Of a stretch of DNA of 64,000 nt, positions 8,963 through 18,003 are shown one piece after another. Source of the DNA: a virus (lineage: Duplodnaviria; Heunggongvirae; Uroviricota; Caudoviricetes); the IMG/VR virus record IMGVR_UViG_3300005437_000011; one strand, written 5' to 3'. The notes under the pieces are model-generated. The model saw nothing but the letters and a program-made list of their open reading frames with translations. It was not told the DNA's origin and did no database searches. The position numbers and the translations under genes are program-made. Position 1 is the stretch's first letter. Each line of letters starts with the position of its first letter.

Positions 8963-9150
8963 TGCATCGAAATGAGTTCATCCTGTGGGTGCTTGGTTTG
9001 CTGCTCGGCGCGAGTCTTGTTGGCGGCGTCATCTACGTCGACTACCGGCATACAATTCGGAACGACGACACACGGCTTGTGTGCATGCAGCTACACGGCG
9101 ATTGGGTCAGGCAGGGCTCTGATTACGTGTGCGTGGGGCTCCAGCGATGA
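8962..9150 (+). CDS. small membrane protein
   Basis: MHRNEFILWVLGLLLGASLVGGVIYV contains a TM helix. Confidence 0.3.
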   Translation: MHRNEFILWVLGLLLGASLVGGVIYVDYRHTIRNDDTRLVCMQLHGDWVRQGSDYVCVGLQR

Positions 9151-9461
9151 CAACGCTTGAAGTCCTCCGCGGGGCGCGCGCGAAGATAGCGCAGGGCTGG
9201 TGCCAAGGAGCGTCTGCGCGCGACGCCGATGGTCAGCTGACGGGCGTGACACAACCGGATGCATGCTGCTGGTGCGCTATCGGAGCCGTCTATGCAGCTG
9301 CGCCTCTTGAACCTGATTCAGGTGACGCCGCGTTCGAATACTTAGCGAGAGTGACACCGGGGCACCTGATTGGCACGTGGAACGACGATCCGTCACGCAC
9401 TCAAGCAGAGGTGCTGGCGTTGTTCGACCGTGCAATCGCTCAACAAGAAAGGGCTGCGTGA
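9129..9461 (+). CDS. conserved phage protein (GWCQG...WCAIGA family); paralog of 52985..53388
   Basis: AKIAQGWCQGASARDADG...CCWCAIGAVYAA closely parallels RLVQGWHQGQYMARAADG...SWCLLGAVYAA in the later gene. Confidence 0.5.
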   Translation: MRGAPAMTTLEVLRGARAKIAQGWCQGASARDADGQLTGVTQPDACCWCAIGAVYAAAPLEPDSGDAAFEYLARVTPGHLIGTWNDDPSRTQAEVLALFDRAIAQQERAA

Positions 9462-10225
9462 TGGCTGGTGAAATTTGCGAGTGCGGATGTGGGTACGAGG
9501 CGGACAACGTGGTCGCGGCCATGTCGTCGACCGAGCTTGCTGGCGCTAGATACCGACTGGCGTGCGCAGACGGTAAGCTGTTCGGTCGCATCCGAGCGCG
9601 CCGGGCCACGATCAAGCAACCGCCCGTGCTCAAGTTCTACGGCATGCAGCCGGCTGTGCTTCCGGATACGCTGCCGAATGGCACCTTGCTTGTCGATGAA
9701 GGCGGAAAGCTCAGCGGCTGGAAGGTTAACGGCGCGAAGCTGGAGCATGGTCTTTATGTTGCTGAGCTCAACGAGTGCTCCGGCCCCATTTGCGGGCGAG
9801 CGCGCTTTGTTCCTTGTAGAATCGACTGGGCATCGGTGCCGGTTCAAGAGGGCGCAGACGTCACCCCTATCCGCACGCAGGCCGAAGCGAACGCGGTCTG
9901 GGGTGAGGGCTCGCCGATTGCGGAGCTGTGCGGCGCTGTTCTCGCGCCCCAGCCGGAGAAGACGGTCACCTGTCGCGACTGCGGTGCGCTGGCGACGCAC
10001 CCGCAGGAGTGCAGCCGAAAGCTCACTCTTTGCATATACTGCGCGCAGCGCGAACACGAGTCGACGCGCCGTGAGATGCCGGGTAACCCCCTCGAGAATA
10101 GGGCCGCCCGCTCCCGCATGCTCGACGCTGAGCGTCGTGAGGCGCCGCGGGTCACGAAACAGTCGCTGGAGGAAGCTAAGCCGCACCCGTGGGAAGCGTG
10201 GGCGAACCCTGGAGACGAATCGTGA
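9461..10225 (+). CDS. Cys-rich hypothetical protein
   Basis: ATG at 9461 overlaps the upstream TGA. Multiple CxxC pairs. Confidence 0.45.
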   Translation: MAGEICECGCGYEADNVVAAMSSTELAGARYRLACADGKLFGRIRARRATIKQPPVLKFYGMQPAVLPDTLPNGTLLVDEGGKLSGWKVNGAKLEHGLYVAELNECSGPICGRARFVPCRIDWASVPVQEGADVTPIRTQAEANAVWGEGSPIAELCGAVLAPQPEKTVTCRDCGALATHPQECSRKLTLCIYCAQREHESTRREMPGNPLENRAARSRMLDAERREAPRVTKQSLEEAKPHPWEAWANPGDES

Positions 10226-10455
10226 AAGCCACCGAACTCATCACTCAACTGAAGGCTCGAATCTCGGAGCTAGAGAGCGACCGGTACCACGTGTGGATGC
10301 GTGGATTTCAAGCGAGGGCACTTGGGGCCGCGCCGAGTTCGAACCCGTTCCCAGAGCCACCGATCACGGTCGGTCCGTTGTCCCTTCCAGCGGTCCCTAT
10401 CTTGGACCCAGGCCCGAGCAGGTATGACGTGGATCCAACGGAGCTGCCCGAATGA
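10222..10455 (+). CDS. hypothetical protein
   Basis: GTG start overlapping the upstream stop. Predicted coiled-coil N-terminus. Confidence 0.3.
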   Translation: MKATELITQLKARISELESDRYHVWMRGFQARALGAAPSSNPFPEPPITVGPLSLPAVPILDPGPSRYDVDPTELPE

Positions 10456-10946
10456 TCCGCGTCGTCGTAGAGTCGCCGTTTGGCCGAAACGTGGACGGCT
10501 CCAGCTGCACACCGGAGCAATACGCGCGCAACATCCGCTACCTGAACCGCGCCCTGCTGGATTCAATCAGAAGAGGCGACGAGGCACCCTATGCCTCGCA
10601 CCGGTTCTACCCTGGGCTACTCGACGACACGAACCCCGAGGATCGCAAGCTCGGGATGAAGTGCGGTCTGGTCTGGTCGGAACCCGCGCACCGCGTGGCG
10701 GTCTACCAGGACCATGGCGTCACGGAGGGCATGATGAAGGCGCTGGTTCAGCACCATGAGCGCGGCATCGAGATCGTTTTCCGCTCCATCGGAGCAGAGC
10801 CGGATCTTGCGCCGCTGGGCGCTGAGGTTAATGCGCTCGCTGAACTAGCCAAATCGCTATTCGCGACCAGCATCGCTGCTGGACGTTTAAGCAGGCCGTT
10901 ACTCGACGAGTTGATCGCTGCGGCTGTCGTGTTGAGGGATCGATGA
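10452..10946 (+). CDS. DUF1937-like (nucleoside 2-deoxyribosyltransferase-fold) protein
   Basis: VVVESPF...YARNIRYLNRALLDSIRRGDEAPYASH resembles the DUF1937 pattern recalled from memory. Confidence 0.4.
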   Translation: MIRVVVESPFGRNVDGSSCTPEQYARNIRYLNRALLDSIRRGDEAPYASHRFYPGLLDDTNPEDRKLGMKCGLVWSEPAHRVAVYQDHGVTEGMMKALVQHHERGIEIVFRSIGAEPDLAPLGAEVNALAELAKSLFATSIAAGRLSRPLLDELIAAAVVLRDR

Positions 10947-11332
10947 CCGGTCGGCGCGCTAAGCATGTGGGATTCGAAATCCCGATCGGACGCAAGGGCG
11001 CGCGCTTGATGGTGCATGGCGATCCGCTGATGAAACCGGAGACGAAAGCCGCCCTCACTCGGGTCTGCGAGGCGGCCTACGACAAGCTCGTCGGCACTCG
11101 GCAGCTGGGGCCTGTCGCGCGTGAGCTGTGGCGGGTGAAGGATTGCACGCTCGCCGAGCTCTACCACTGGAACCCGCGAACTCGGCGCTACGGCGTTCTC
11201 TCCCAAGAAGCCCGTCGCGTCATCAGCGATGCCCACACCAGCGTCACGGGCATGACCTGTAGCGTGAACGACTACTGGCTGGCGGAAGTCATGAGCGAAG
11301 CCATTGAAGCAGCAGAGGCGCTGAAGTTATGA
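10943..11332 (+). CDS. hypothetical protein
   Basis: 129-aa ORF, 4-bp overlaps on both sides. Confidence 0.4.
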   Translation: MTGRRAKHVGFEIPIGRKGARLMVHGDPLMKPETKAALTRVCEAAYDKLVGTRQLGPVARELWRVKDCTLAELYHWNPRTRRYGVLSQEARRVISDAHTSVTGMTCSVNDYWLAEVMSEAIEAAEALKL

Positions 11333-11598
11333 ACGCACCCATCGAGCGTCGACACCGCGAACTCGCCTTCGCTTCAGTCTGGACCTGCCCGCCATCCCCT
11401 AACGAGATGGAGTGGATCGCCACCGGTGAAGGTATTGGCGGGGGCCCGCTATTGAGGGGCGTTGCTCAGGCGTTGGCGGACCTGGAAGCAAGGACGGCGC
11501 GCCGATCTTGGGCTGAGGGCAACGGCAAGGCCGGCTGTTCATTCTGCGTCCCATCCCGAGACGAGCCAGAGAATCCCTACCCGGAGTTCGAGCCGTGA
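11329..11598 (+). CDS. hypothetical protein
   Basis: 89-aa ORF. Confidence 0.35.
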   Translation: MNAPIERRHRELAFASVWTCPPSPNEMEWIATGEGIGGGPLLRGVAQALADLEARTARRSWAEGNGKAGCSFCVPSRDEPENPYPEFEP

Positions 11599-11686
11599 AG
11601 CTCCTCACTCGCAAGGAAGCTACCGGATTTGTTCGCCTCTGGCGGCGTAGTTTTGCTGCTATCTTCACTGGCACGGAGACTTTGCC

Positions 11687-11956
11687 GTGAGGAAAGAGTC
11701 CGGTAAAATTCAGATGTCGAAGCTCGCGCTCATCGAGCAAGAGATCGCAGAACTCGATGCTCGTCGGGCGGAACTTTCCGCGAAGAAGGCAGGCATCTAC
11801 GCCGAACTAGCTGATGGGGCAAGCATCGATCACCGCACACTGCAACGGCCAAAGACGCCGCACCGGCCAAAGCTCGGCCCGGTATCAGAACTTGATCGGG
11901 CTAGAGCGCGCTCCATCTTGCGCGAAACTGACATCCGTCGGAGGGTTGGCCCGTGA
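11687..11956 (+). CDS. hypothetical protein (excisionase-position gene)
   Basis: 89 aa, immediately upstream of and overlapping int. No HTH recognised. Confidence 0.35.
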   Translation: MRKESGKIQMSKLALIEQEIAELDARRAELSAKKAGIYAELADGASIDHRTLQRPKTPHRPKLGPVSELDRARARSILRETDIRRRVGP

Positions 11957-13449
11957 CCAGGAACGAGCAAGGCAGCGGAACAATTCGAACGGTGCGGGAT
12001 CGCTCTTCTGGAGAAGTGCTCGGCTATCAAGCGCTGTTGCCGCGCGAATTCAGTAAGCCCCCGCCGGGGTGTAAGAACCCAGAGACATACCAGCAGCCAG
12101 TGGGGCCACGTTTGGATTTGCGTGAGGAAGCGCGCCGTCTACTTGATGCTGCCATCGGTGAGCGCCTGAGCGCAGGCTCGCTCGCGCTTGGCCTGCCGCT
12201 ATCAAGCTACCTTGCCAGCGAGATCAAGTCACGCTTGAGCGATGCCCGTCGCGAGTATCGTAACGACGCTCGAGCGAATAAGAATGTCTCGACCTGGAAC
12301 TCGATTAACCGAGTTTGGTTAAGCAAATCTCCGTTCTACCAGTATCCGCCATCCGCCATTGACGCTACCGAGCTGCAATCATGGTTCGATTGGCTGCGTG
12401 ATTCGGCGGAGAAAGCTAACGGCGATCCACTGTCCGGCAATTTCATCCGCAACATCGCGCAGTTTTTGCGAGCGACGTTCGATCGCGCGCGCATCAAACC
12501 AAACCCGGTCGATACACTCACGCTTCCAGATAAAAACCACGCGCGCTTCGTCCACCTGGAGATTGCAGCGCAGCGTGAATTCTTCGACTCACAGGTCGAT
12601 CTCGAAGACCGCACGATGGCCGGGTGCGGAATGGGTGGCGGACTGCGCGTCGGTGAGCTGCTCTCTCTCGAGCGGACCGACGTCTTCCTCGACGTGCCAG
12701 ACCCGCACCTCATCGTGCGCTATGGCGGCGATCATCGCGCCCCGCCCAAAGGGCGCCGCGTGCGCCGTGTCGAGCTTATCGAGCCCGGGCTCGGCTTCTT
12801 CGCGCTGTGGCTGGAGCGCTTCTATAAGGGCGGCGTGCGGCTGTTCGAAGGGCCGCAGGGCGGCTACCTCAAGGCCTGGCCGGAGCTCTTTCCAGCCTGG
12901 TCGGACATCGTAGGGAAGCAGATTACCTCACACGTCATGCGGCACAGCTACGCCGTTGCGATGCTATCGGGTACCTGGGGCTACGATCCGCAGTCGCTGG
13001 AATTCATCCAGCACCAGCTCGGCCACGCCGACCGGTCGACGACCGAGCGTTTCTATGGCGCGTACGAGAGCGGAACCTGGCAGCGGCATGCCCGCCACTT
13101 GGCAGGACGTGAGGCCAGGCCAGCGGCGCGTCGGCCACTGATGGCGCGCGAGCTCCTTGGGCTTGATGTGTCGAATGATGTGCCAGGTGGCTTTTTTCTC
13201 GATAAAATGAAGCATTCGGTTCGATCCCCGTCACTCACCCAAATTAGCAAAAAGTCCGACAGGCTCCCGCAAACTGATGCGCACACACATCAGTCCCTGC
13301 GGGAGCAAGCAGTCGGACTTCTCCAGGCCATAGAGACCGATGACCCGCAGGTCCACGCGAAGGCGATTTCCCTAGCGCGTTCAGTCTTGCTGGAAGACGC
13401 GCGGGGGACTGCGACCGTTTCGGTCGCAGTCATGGGGAGCGCCTCGTGA
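11953..13449 (+). CDS. int: tyrosine integrase/recombinase
   Basis: Catalytic residues in context: GLRVGELLSLER (Arg), HVMRHSYAVAML (H-x-x-R), LGHADRSTTERFY (His and Tyr). 498 aa, with roughly 130 aa of extra C-terminal sequence. Confidence 0.8.
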   Translation: MTRNEQGSGTIRTVRDRSSGEVLGYQALLPREFSKPPPGCKNPETYQQPVGPRLDLREEARRLLDAAIGERLSAGSLALGLPLSSYLASEIKSRLSDARREYRNDARANKNVSTWNSINRVWLSKSPFYQYPPSAIDATELQSWFDWLRDSAEKANGDPLSGNFIRNIAQFLRATFDRARIKPNPVDTLTLPDKNHARFVHLEIAAQREFFDSQVDLEDRTMAGCGMGGGLRVGELLSLERTDVFLDVPDPHLIVRYGGDHRAPPKGRRVRRVELIEPGLGFFALWLERFYKGGVRLFEGPQGGYLKAWPELFPAWSDIVGKQITSHVMRHSYAVAMLSGTWGYDPQSLEFIQHQLGHADRSTTERFYGAYESGTWQRHARHLAGREARPAARRPLMARELLGLDVSNDVPGGFFLDKMKHSVRSPSLTQISKKSDRLPQTDAHTHQSLREQAVGLLQAIETDDPQVHAKAISLARSVLLEDARGTATVSVAVMGSAS

Positions 13450-14090
13450 CCGCCGCGATGGAAGCTGTCGTCCGACCGGCACGCAAATCGCATAGCGTAC
13501 CCAGAAGCGTCGACACGCCTGCTCTCTCGTTTTTGGAGGACGTCCTGCCACGCCTGGTGCCAATGGCGGACTGGGATGTCATCGGTAGCCGCGTCTATTT
13601 TCTCGAGTGCGACTCGCGTTTCGTGAAAATCGGCTGGAGCCAGGATTTCCAGGAACGATTGATCGCCTTGCAATCGGCCAACGCCTTGCGCCTTCGGCCA
13701 GCGGCGATTCTGATCGCTGATCGCTCGATGGAGAAATCGCTGCATTCGCATTTCCAAGAACTTCACGTTCGTGGTGAATGGTTCGCGCTCCACGGTACGC
13801 TGAAAGAATTCCTATCGCACCCAACGGTTGAAGCGGCCCGCGGCCTGTCGCCTGAAATTATTGCGATGGAGCCGCAGAGCCAACCGGACTTGCTCGATAG
13901 CAAGATCACCATAACGGCGACTGGCCCGAGAATTTTCCTCGACTTGGATTCTGAAACCGAAGGCATGCGCGCCTTTCTAGATCTGGAAGCCGCGGAGCTG
14001 CACGTCGCGACCATGCAGCGGGCCATTGCTGCGGTCCGTGCTGCCAGTCCAAAAGTCGGCCCATTGACCACTTCGGAGCCACGCCCGTGA
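13446..14090 (+). CDS. T5orf172 / GIY-YIG-like domain protein
   Basis: VYFLECDSRFVKIGWSQDFQERLIALQS...HVRGEWFAL matches the T5orf172 (MUG113-like) motif pattern. Confidence 0.5.
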   Translation: MTAAMEAVVRPARKSHSVPRSVDTPALSFLEDVLPRLVPMADWDVIGSRVYFLECDSRFVKIGWSQDFQERLIALQSANALRLRPAAILIADRSMEKSLHSHFQELHVRGEWFALHGTLKEFLSHPTVEAARGLSPEIIAMEPQSQPDLLDSKITITATGPRIFLDLDSETEGMRAFLDLEAAELHVATMQRAIAAVRAASPKVGPLTTSEPRP

Positions 14091-14383
14091 CCCAGTCCGA
14101 GCTCCACGCCCTGCTTGGCTCCCGCTGGGCCCTCCCCATCCTCACTGCGCTTGTTGTCAGTGAGGATGGGGCCCTCCGGTTCGGCCAGCTGAAGGCTGCA
14201 ATTTCGGTCAGCGGGCGGATGCTGGCGCAGACGACACGCGCTCTGGCGGATGCCGGCCTGATGTCTCGCGTGGACGAGACCGCGCGCACCGGGGTCCACG
14301 CTGTCATCTACTCGCTCACTGCCCAAGGCCGGACCATCCTGGATTGGTCTGCTGAGTGGCCGAAAACCGAAGGCACGCCATGA
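14087..14383 (+). CDS. HxlR-family winged-helix transcriptional regulator
   Basis: LGSRWALPILTAL...RFGQL...SGRMLAQTTRALADAGL...YSLTAQG fits the HxlR signature. Confidence 0.55.
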   Translation: MTQSELHALLGSRWALPILTALVVSEDGALRFGQLKAAISVSGRMLAQTTRALADAGLMSRVDETARTGVHAVIYSLTAQGRTILDWSAEWPKTEGTP

Positions 14384-14659
14384 ACCCCCCCGCCTACACC
14401 CGCTCCCTCCGCCGCCACACCGTCCGCCCGCAGGCCTACTCCCTCCGGACCGGCCGCTCGGAGCTGACGATCTGGCTCTGGCGCCTGGAGATGGATTCCA
14501 GGGTTAGGGACTTGGGGCGGGACGGAGGTCGGTCGTGATTTGGCTTGCGATCTCGTTGGTTGGTCTGCTCATCCCAGGCAGCCACTGGGCGGACGTGTTT
14601 AGTGGCCTTTGCCTGGCCGCTGTTGCCTGCGGTTATGGGTTTGAGCGTGGAGGATCGAC

Positions 14660-14908
14660 ATGAGCCGCAAACTCCCCACGCTGGCCACGCTCAACAGCCC
14701 GGCGCAGGCAGCTCGCGCCATGCGCTGGGAGCTGGTCCACGCCGCCGGCTGCACGGAGCCCAACTGCGCCGCGAAGTTCTGGGTGCATGGCGATTCGGTT
14801 GCTTCGTACCTGGACGGGTACACGGGGCCACCGGTCTCGGTTCCCAGGAGCCTGCGACGCCTGTTTGGCGTCTCGATCATCCGCCCGGAAGCGGGGGGTC
14901 GGTCGTGA
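14660..14908 (+). CDS. hypothetical protein
   Basis: 82 aa. Ends in GGRS-cgtga, repeating the motif also found at 14525-14538. Confidence 0.3.
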   Translation: MSRKLPTLATLNSPAQAARAMRWELVHAAGCTEPNCAAKFWVHGDSVASYLDGYTGPPVSVPRSLRRLFGVSIIRPEAGGRS

Positions 14909-15198
14909 GTACCAAGCTTGGTCTGTCGCCGCTGGTTGAGCGGCTGTTTGTCGGCGCTTTCGTGGTACCGGAATCGCTCGAGAGCCTCATCGTTGCAGCC
15001 CAGGAGCGTGAGCTCGCGCTCATTCGTGAGCGTCAGGCGGCGGAGCTCGGGTGCGTGGTTTTTCGGGGCGCCATCATGACCCAGGAGGACGCGGACCGCG
15101 ATCGGCTGGGCCTGCCGCGGGAACCGATTGCCCCGAGGCTTGCCGCTCTCATTGCTGAGCTGTCCAAAGAGTGCCCGGAAGACGGAGTCTCGAAGTGA
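14905..15198 (+). CDS. hypothetical protein
   Basis: GTG start inside a GTGA overlap. The rest of ORF 14545..15198 upstream looks spurious. Confidence 0.3.
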   Translation: MSTKLGLSPLVERLFVGAFVVPESLESLIVAAQERELALIRERQAAELGCVVFRGAIMTQEDADRDRLGLPREPIAPRLAALIAELSKECPEDGVSK

Positions 15199-15647
15199 AA
15201 ATCCCTCCCAACGTACACGTGGTCCGACTGACCGGGCTCGGGCTCGCCATGCCGCCTCGTGGCTTCGATCGCGCCGAGCTCCGCGGCGACCCTCGATACT
15301 ACGCCGTGCGTAAGGGCTACCGGCTCGAGCGGTGCCCGCGGGAGAAGCCCCACCGGGAGATATTGGACTGCTCGACGTGCGGGCCGATGTGGGGCGTCAT
15401 AGCGGTCAAGATTCCAGAGGATGGGGCCGTTCTGCCCGAGTACCGGGCCAAGAGCTCGGGGCGCTTGGCTACCGACTTCGAACGCATGCACCGGGACCGC
15501 GTGCTCGCTGATGCTGCCGAGACCATGGAGGAAGCCCTGCCTGGGTTCAACAAGGCTTGGCGCCGGGCTACTCCCAGGGACGACCGTTCCATCCGCACCC
15601 GTCTCACCTCTGCTCGGGACGCTGGACTGATTGGGAGGAAGTCTTGA
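15171..15647 (+). CDS. hypothetical protein
   Basis: 158-aa ORF. A GTG start near 15195 is possible. Confidence 0.35.
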   Translation: MPGRRSLEVKIPPNVHVVRLTGLGLAMPPRGFDRAELRGDPRYYAVRKGYRLERCPREKPHREILDCSTCGPMWGVIAVKIPEDGAVLPEYRAKSSGRLATDFERMHRDRVLADAAETMEEALPGFNKAWRRATPRDDRSIRTRLTSARDAGLIGRKS

Positions 15648-15865
15648 GCTACTTGCTTATTGGAATCCCCTTCTGGTTCGCTGGGATTCTGTTTTCGGTC
15701 CATGAGGGTTGGTGGGGCAACGTGGCGGTCTACACGGTTCTGCTGGCATTAGACTTACTCCGCCTCCCATGTGCCGCCATTCGAGAAGAGAAAGAGGACG
15801 CACTGCGTCGTGCCGTGGATCGCAAGTGGGATGATGCCTTCGGGCGGAAGCGCGGTGGCCAGTGA
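15644..15865 (+). CDS. small membrane protein
   Basis: TTG start overlapping the upstream stop. LLIGIPFWFAGILFSV and a second TM helix. Confidence 0.3.
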   Translation: MSYLLIGIPFWFAGILFSVHEGWWGNVAVYTVLLALDLLRLPCAAIREEKEDALRRAVDRKWDDAFGRKRGGQ

Positions 15866-16068
15866 GCGGCCTATACCCGTCTGAGCGTGACTACACCTGG
15901 ATCTACTTCGCCGGGCTTGTCGCCTTTACGGCGCTCTTCCTTGCCTACCTAACCTGGTATCGCCAGCAGGAGCGCGATCGCTGTGAGGCCCGCGAGCACG
16001 GTGCGCTTTATGTTTGCCCAGACGGGTCGCAATGCTTGTGCTTGGCGAAGGGGACGGTTCTCCAGTGA
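15862..16068 (+). CDS. small membrane protein
   Basis: WIYFAGLVAFTALFLAYLTW is a TM helix. Confidence 0.3.
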   Translation: MSGLYPSERDYTWIYFAGLVAFTALFLAYLTWYRQQERDRCEAREHGALYVCPDGSQCLCLAKGTVLQ

Positions 16069-16448
16069 CCTATCGAGTAATCGTCACAGGCTGCAGGGAT
16101 TGGCGCGATGAGGACGCCGTCGATCGCGAGCTCCAAGCCCTGCTTGATGAGCACAGCTCCTTCACGCTCGTTCATGGGGCCTGCCCGACTGGAACCGACG
16201 AGTTCGCTCGCATCTGGGCCACGAGCCTTGACCTTCGCGACATTGTAATTGTCGAGGCGCATCCGGCAGATTGGAAGGCGCTCGGGAAAGGTGCCGGGCC
16301 TGCACGGAACCAGCTCATTGTGGGAGCTGGCGCTCACCTGTGCCTGGCATTTTGGGATGGGGTAAGTCGAGGAACCTACGACATGATCACGCGCGCCGTC
16401 AGGTACGGGATACCAGTGAAGATTATTCCGAAGGTGAAGCGTGTCTAA
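16065..16448 (+). CDS. DUF2493 (SLOG-superfamily) protein
   Basis: YRVIVTGCRDW...LVHGACPTGTDEFARIWA...GPARNQLIV...AFWDGVSRGTYDMI fits the DUF2493 pattern common in phages. Confidence 0.5.
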   Translation: MTYRVIVTGCRDWRDEDAVDRELQALLDEHSSFTLVHGACPTGTDEFARIWATSLDLRDIVIVEAHPADWKALGKGAGPARNQLIVGAGAHLCLAFWDGVSRGTYDMITRAVRYGIPVKIIPKVKRV

Positions 16449-16905
16449 GGAAGAAACAATGAACGGGCCGGTTTGCCGTTGGTGCGGTGAAACGCTGGAA
16501 CAGCACACCGAGTCACGGACACCGGATGCGCCGGTACCGCGATGCCCATGCGTCGGGCTGCGTTCTGGTTTCCTGGCGCGCGAAGCGAAGGATAAAATCG
16601 CGCCCCGTTTCTTCAGCCCTATCTTCGTCCACCACCGCGGGTCCTGGCACCATGCGCCGGAGACCTACTCCAACGGCGCCGACACCGCGTGTGGGCTGTC
16701 GCGTGTGCCGGGAGAGCTCATTGCGCTCGGCTATTTTGCTGGGGCCTGCTCCCTTGGTCGATTTCGCTCTGCTGTTGCCCAGGAGTTTAGCGCGGAGATA
16801 GCCAGAGCGCCGATGTGTTCGGGGTGCTTCCCTGGCCTCAGAGTCGCCAGGCTATCAGCCAATCTCGCCGACTTCGTAGCGCGCGGTGGTCAGGTGACCG
16901 CATGA
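16441..16905 (+). CDS. Cys-rich hypothetical protein
   Basis: 154 aa. CRWCGE...CPC. The GGTCAggTGACC palindrome overlaps its stop. Confidence 0.4.
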   Translation: MSKEETMNGPVCRWCGETLEQHTESRTPDAPVPRCPCVGLRSGFLAREAKDKIAPRFFSPIFVHHRGSWHHAPETYSNGADTACGLSRVPGELIALGYFAGACSLGRFRSAVAQEFSAEIARAPMCSGCFPGLRVARLSANLADFVARGGQVTA

Positions 16906-17231
16906 CCGGGCCCAGCTTTCACGCGCCCCATGCTCACGATCTGCTGATTTCCTTGGCCTGCTTTGCGCTAGGGATCACACTCGACCTGGCGGCATGCAGA
17001 CTGTTTCGGCGACCCCTTAGAACGCGACCGCTTCTACCATTCATCGCTGTCCTGCTCTTCTTTGACTGCACAGACGGTCGCTGGCTGCACCTAGCAGCGT
17101 TGCTTGTCTACATGTTTTACGACACGTTCCCCTGGGACCGGTGGCGGAAGAAGTTCGGCTCAAAGCTTTCAGCGCTCACTGACGTGGTGAAGGCGTCCCT
17201 GCGGCGACAGCAGACGGAGGCCTTCTCGTGA
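16902..17231 (+). CDS. membrane protein
   Basis: ATG inside an ATGA overlap. Two or three TM helices. Confidence 0.35.
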   Translation: MTGPSFHAPHAHDLLISLACFALGITLDLAACRLFRRPLRTRPLLPFIAVLLFFDCTDGRWLHLAALLVYMFYDTFPWDRWRKKFGSKLSALTDVVKASLRRQQTEAFS

Positions 17232-17515
17232 ACAATCTCCCCATCGTTCTAGTCCCCCACCCTCACGTCAGTGTGGACGCCAACGTGCTCGGCGGAAGCC
17301 CTTACGTCAGGGGGTCCCGAGTCCCGGTGCGGCGCATCTACGCTTTCTACCAAGCTGGCGCCTCGTTCGAAAAGCTCGCGAAGCGCTACCCGCAGCTCGG
17401 TCCGGCCAAGGTGCTCGACGCGCTCTCGTTCGCGCTCGACAACGAAGACGTCATCAAGGCGGACTGCGAACGCGAAGAGGCGTTTCTTGCGGGGCACGGC
17501 GTGAAGGCAAAGTGA
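17228..17515 (+). CDS. DUF433 domain protein
   Basis: GGSPYVRGSRVPVRRIYAFYQAGASFEKLAKRYPQLGPAKVLDALSFA matches the DUF433 motif (GxxxIRGTRIPV...YP.L). Confidence 0.5.
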   Translation: MNNLPIVLVPHPHVSVDANVLGGSPYVRGSRVPVRRIYAFYQAGASFEKLAKRYPQLGPAKVLDALSFALDNEDVIKADCEREEAFLAGHGVKAK

Positions 17516-18003
17516 TGGGCATCCGGTACTTAAACAAGAACGAGACCTTCGAGGTGGCAGAAAAGCCGCCACGGCGAAAAGCTGGCTACCAGGGTGGAGC
17601 GAAGAGATCGGGCTTCACGGAGGCGCAGATCGAAACCCTTCAGTTCTGGCGAGACTTTCAGAGCGCGCACGGTTTCCCGCCCAGCATCCGTGAAGCGGCG
17701 GAGCACTTCGGCGGCCTTTCATCATACGCAATCACTTGCCGATGCAAATACATCATCAAAAAGGGCGCCATGAAGATGGCGGGTAGCGAAGATCAATCAA
17801 GGAGGGTCTTGCTAACGAGCCTCGGTCGGTCGCTGACGCGCGGTAATGTCGCCGGCATTGCGCCTCGCCCGCTCTACATCCAGACAGCCCATGGCTTCGT
17901 TGGAGCTGTCACGCAGGAACGAAAGTGTGAATGCGGCCGGAGCTATTTCACCGACAACGCTCTGTGTGCCGAGTGCGCCCGTGGTAATGAGGCGGTCAAG
18001 TGA
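17512..18003 (+). CDS. LexA-type DNA-binding-domain protein (no peptidase domain) with C-terminal Cys cluster
   Basis: FTEAQIETLQFWRDFQSAHGFPPSIREAAEHFGGLSSYAITCRCKYIIKKGAM resembles the LexA N-terminal wHTH. Confidence 0.45.
   Translation: MMGIRYLNKNETFEVAEKPPRRKAGYQGGAKRSGFTEAQIETLQFWRDFQSAHGFPPSIREAAEHFGGLSSYAITCRCKYIIKKGAMKMAGSEDQSRRVLLTSLGRSLTRGNVAGIAPRPLYIQTAHGFVGAVTQERKCECGRSYFTDNALCAECARGNEAVK

Noticed and set aside
11599-11686. attP immediately upstream of the integrase
   Set aside because: Only 88 bp are available. No repeated arm-type sites or obvious core inverted repeat were seen. attP is left unassigned.
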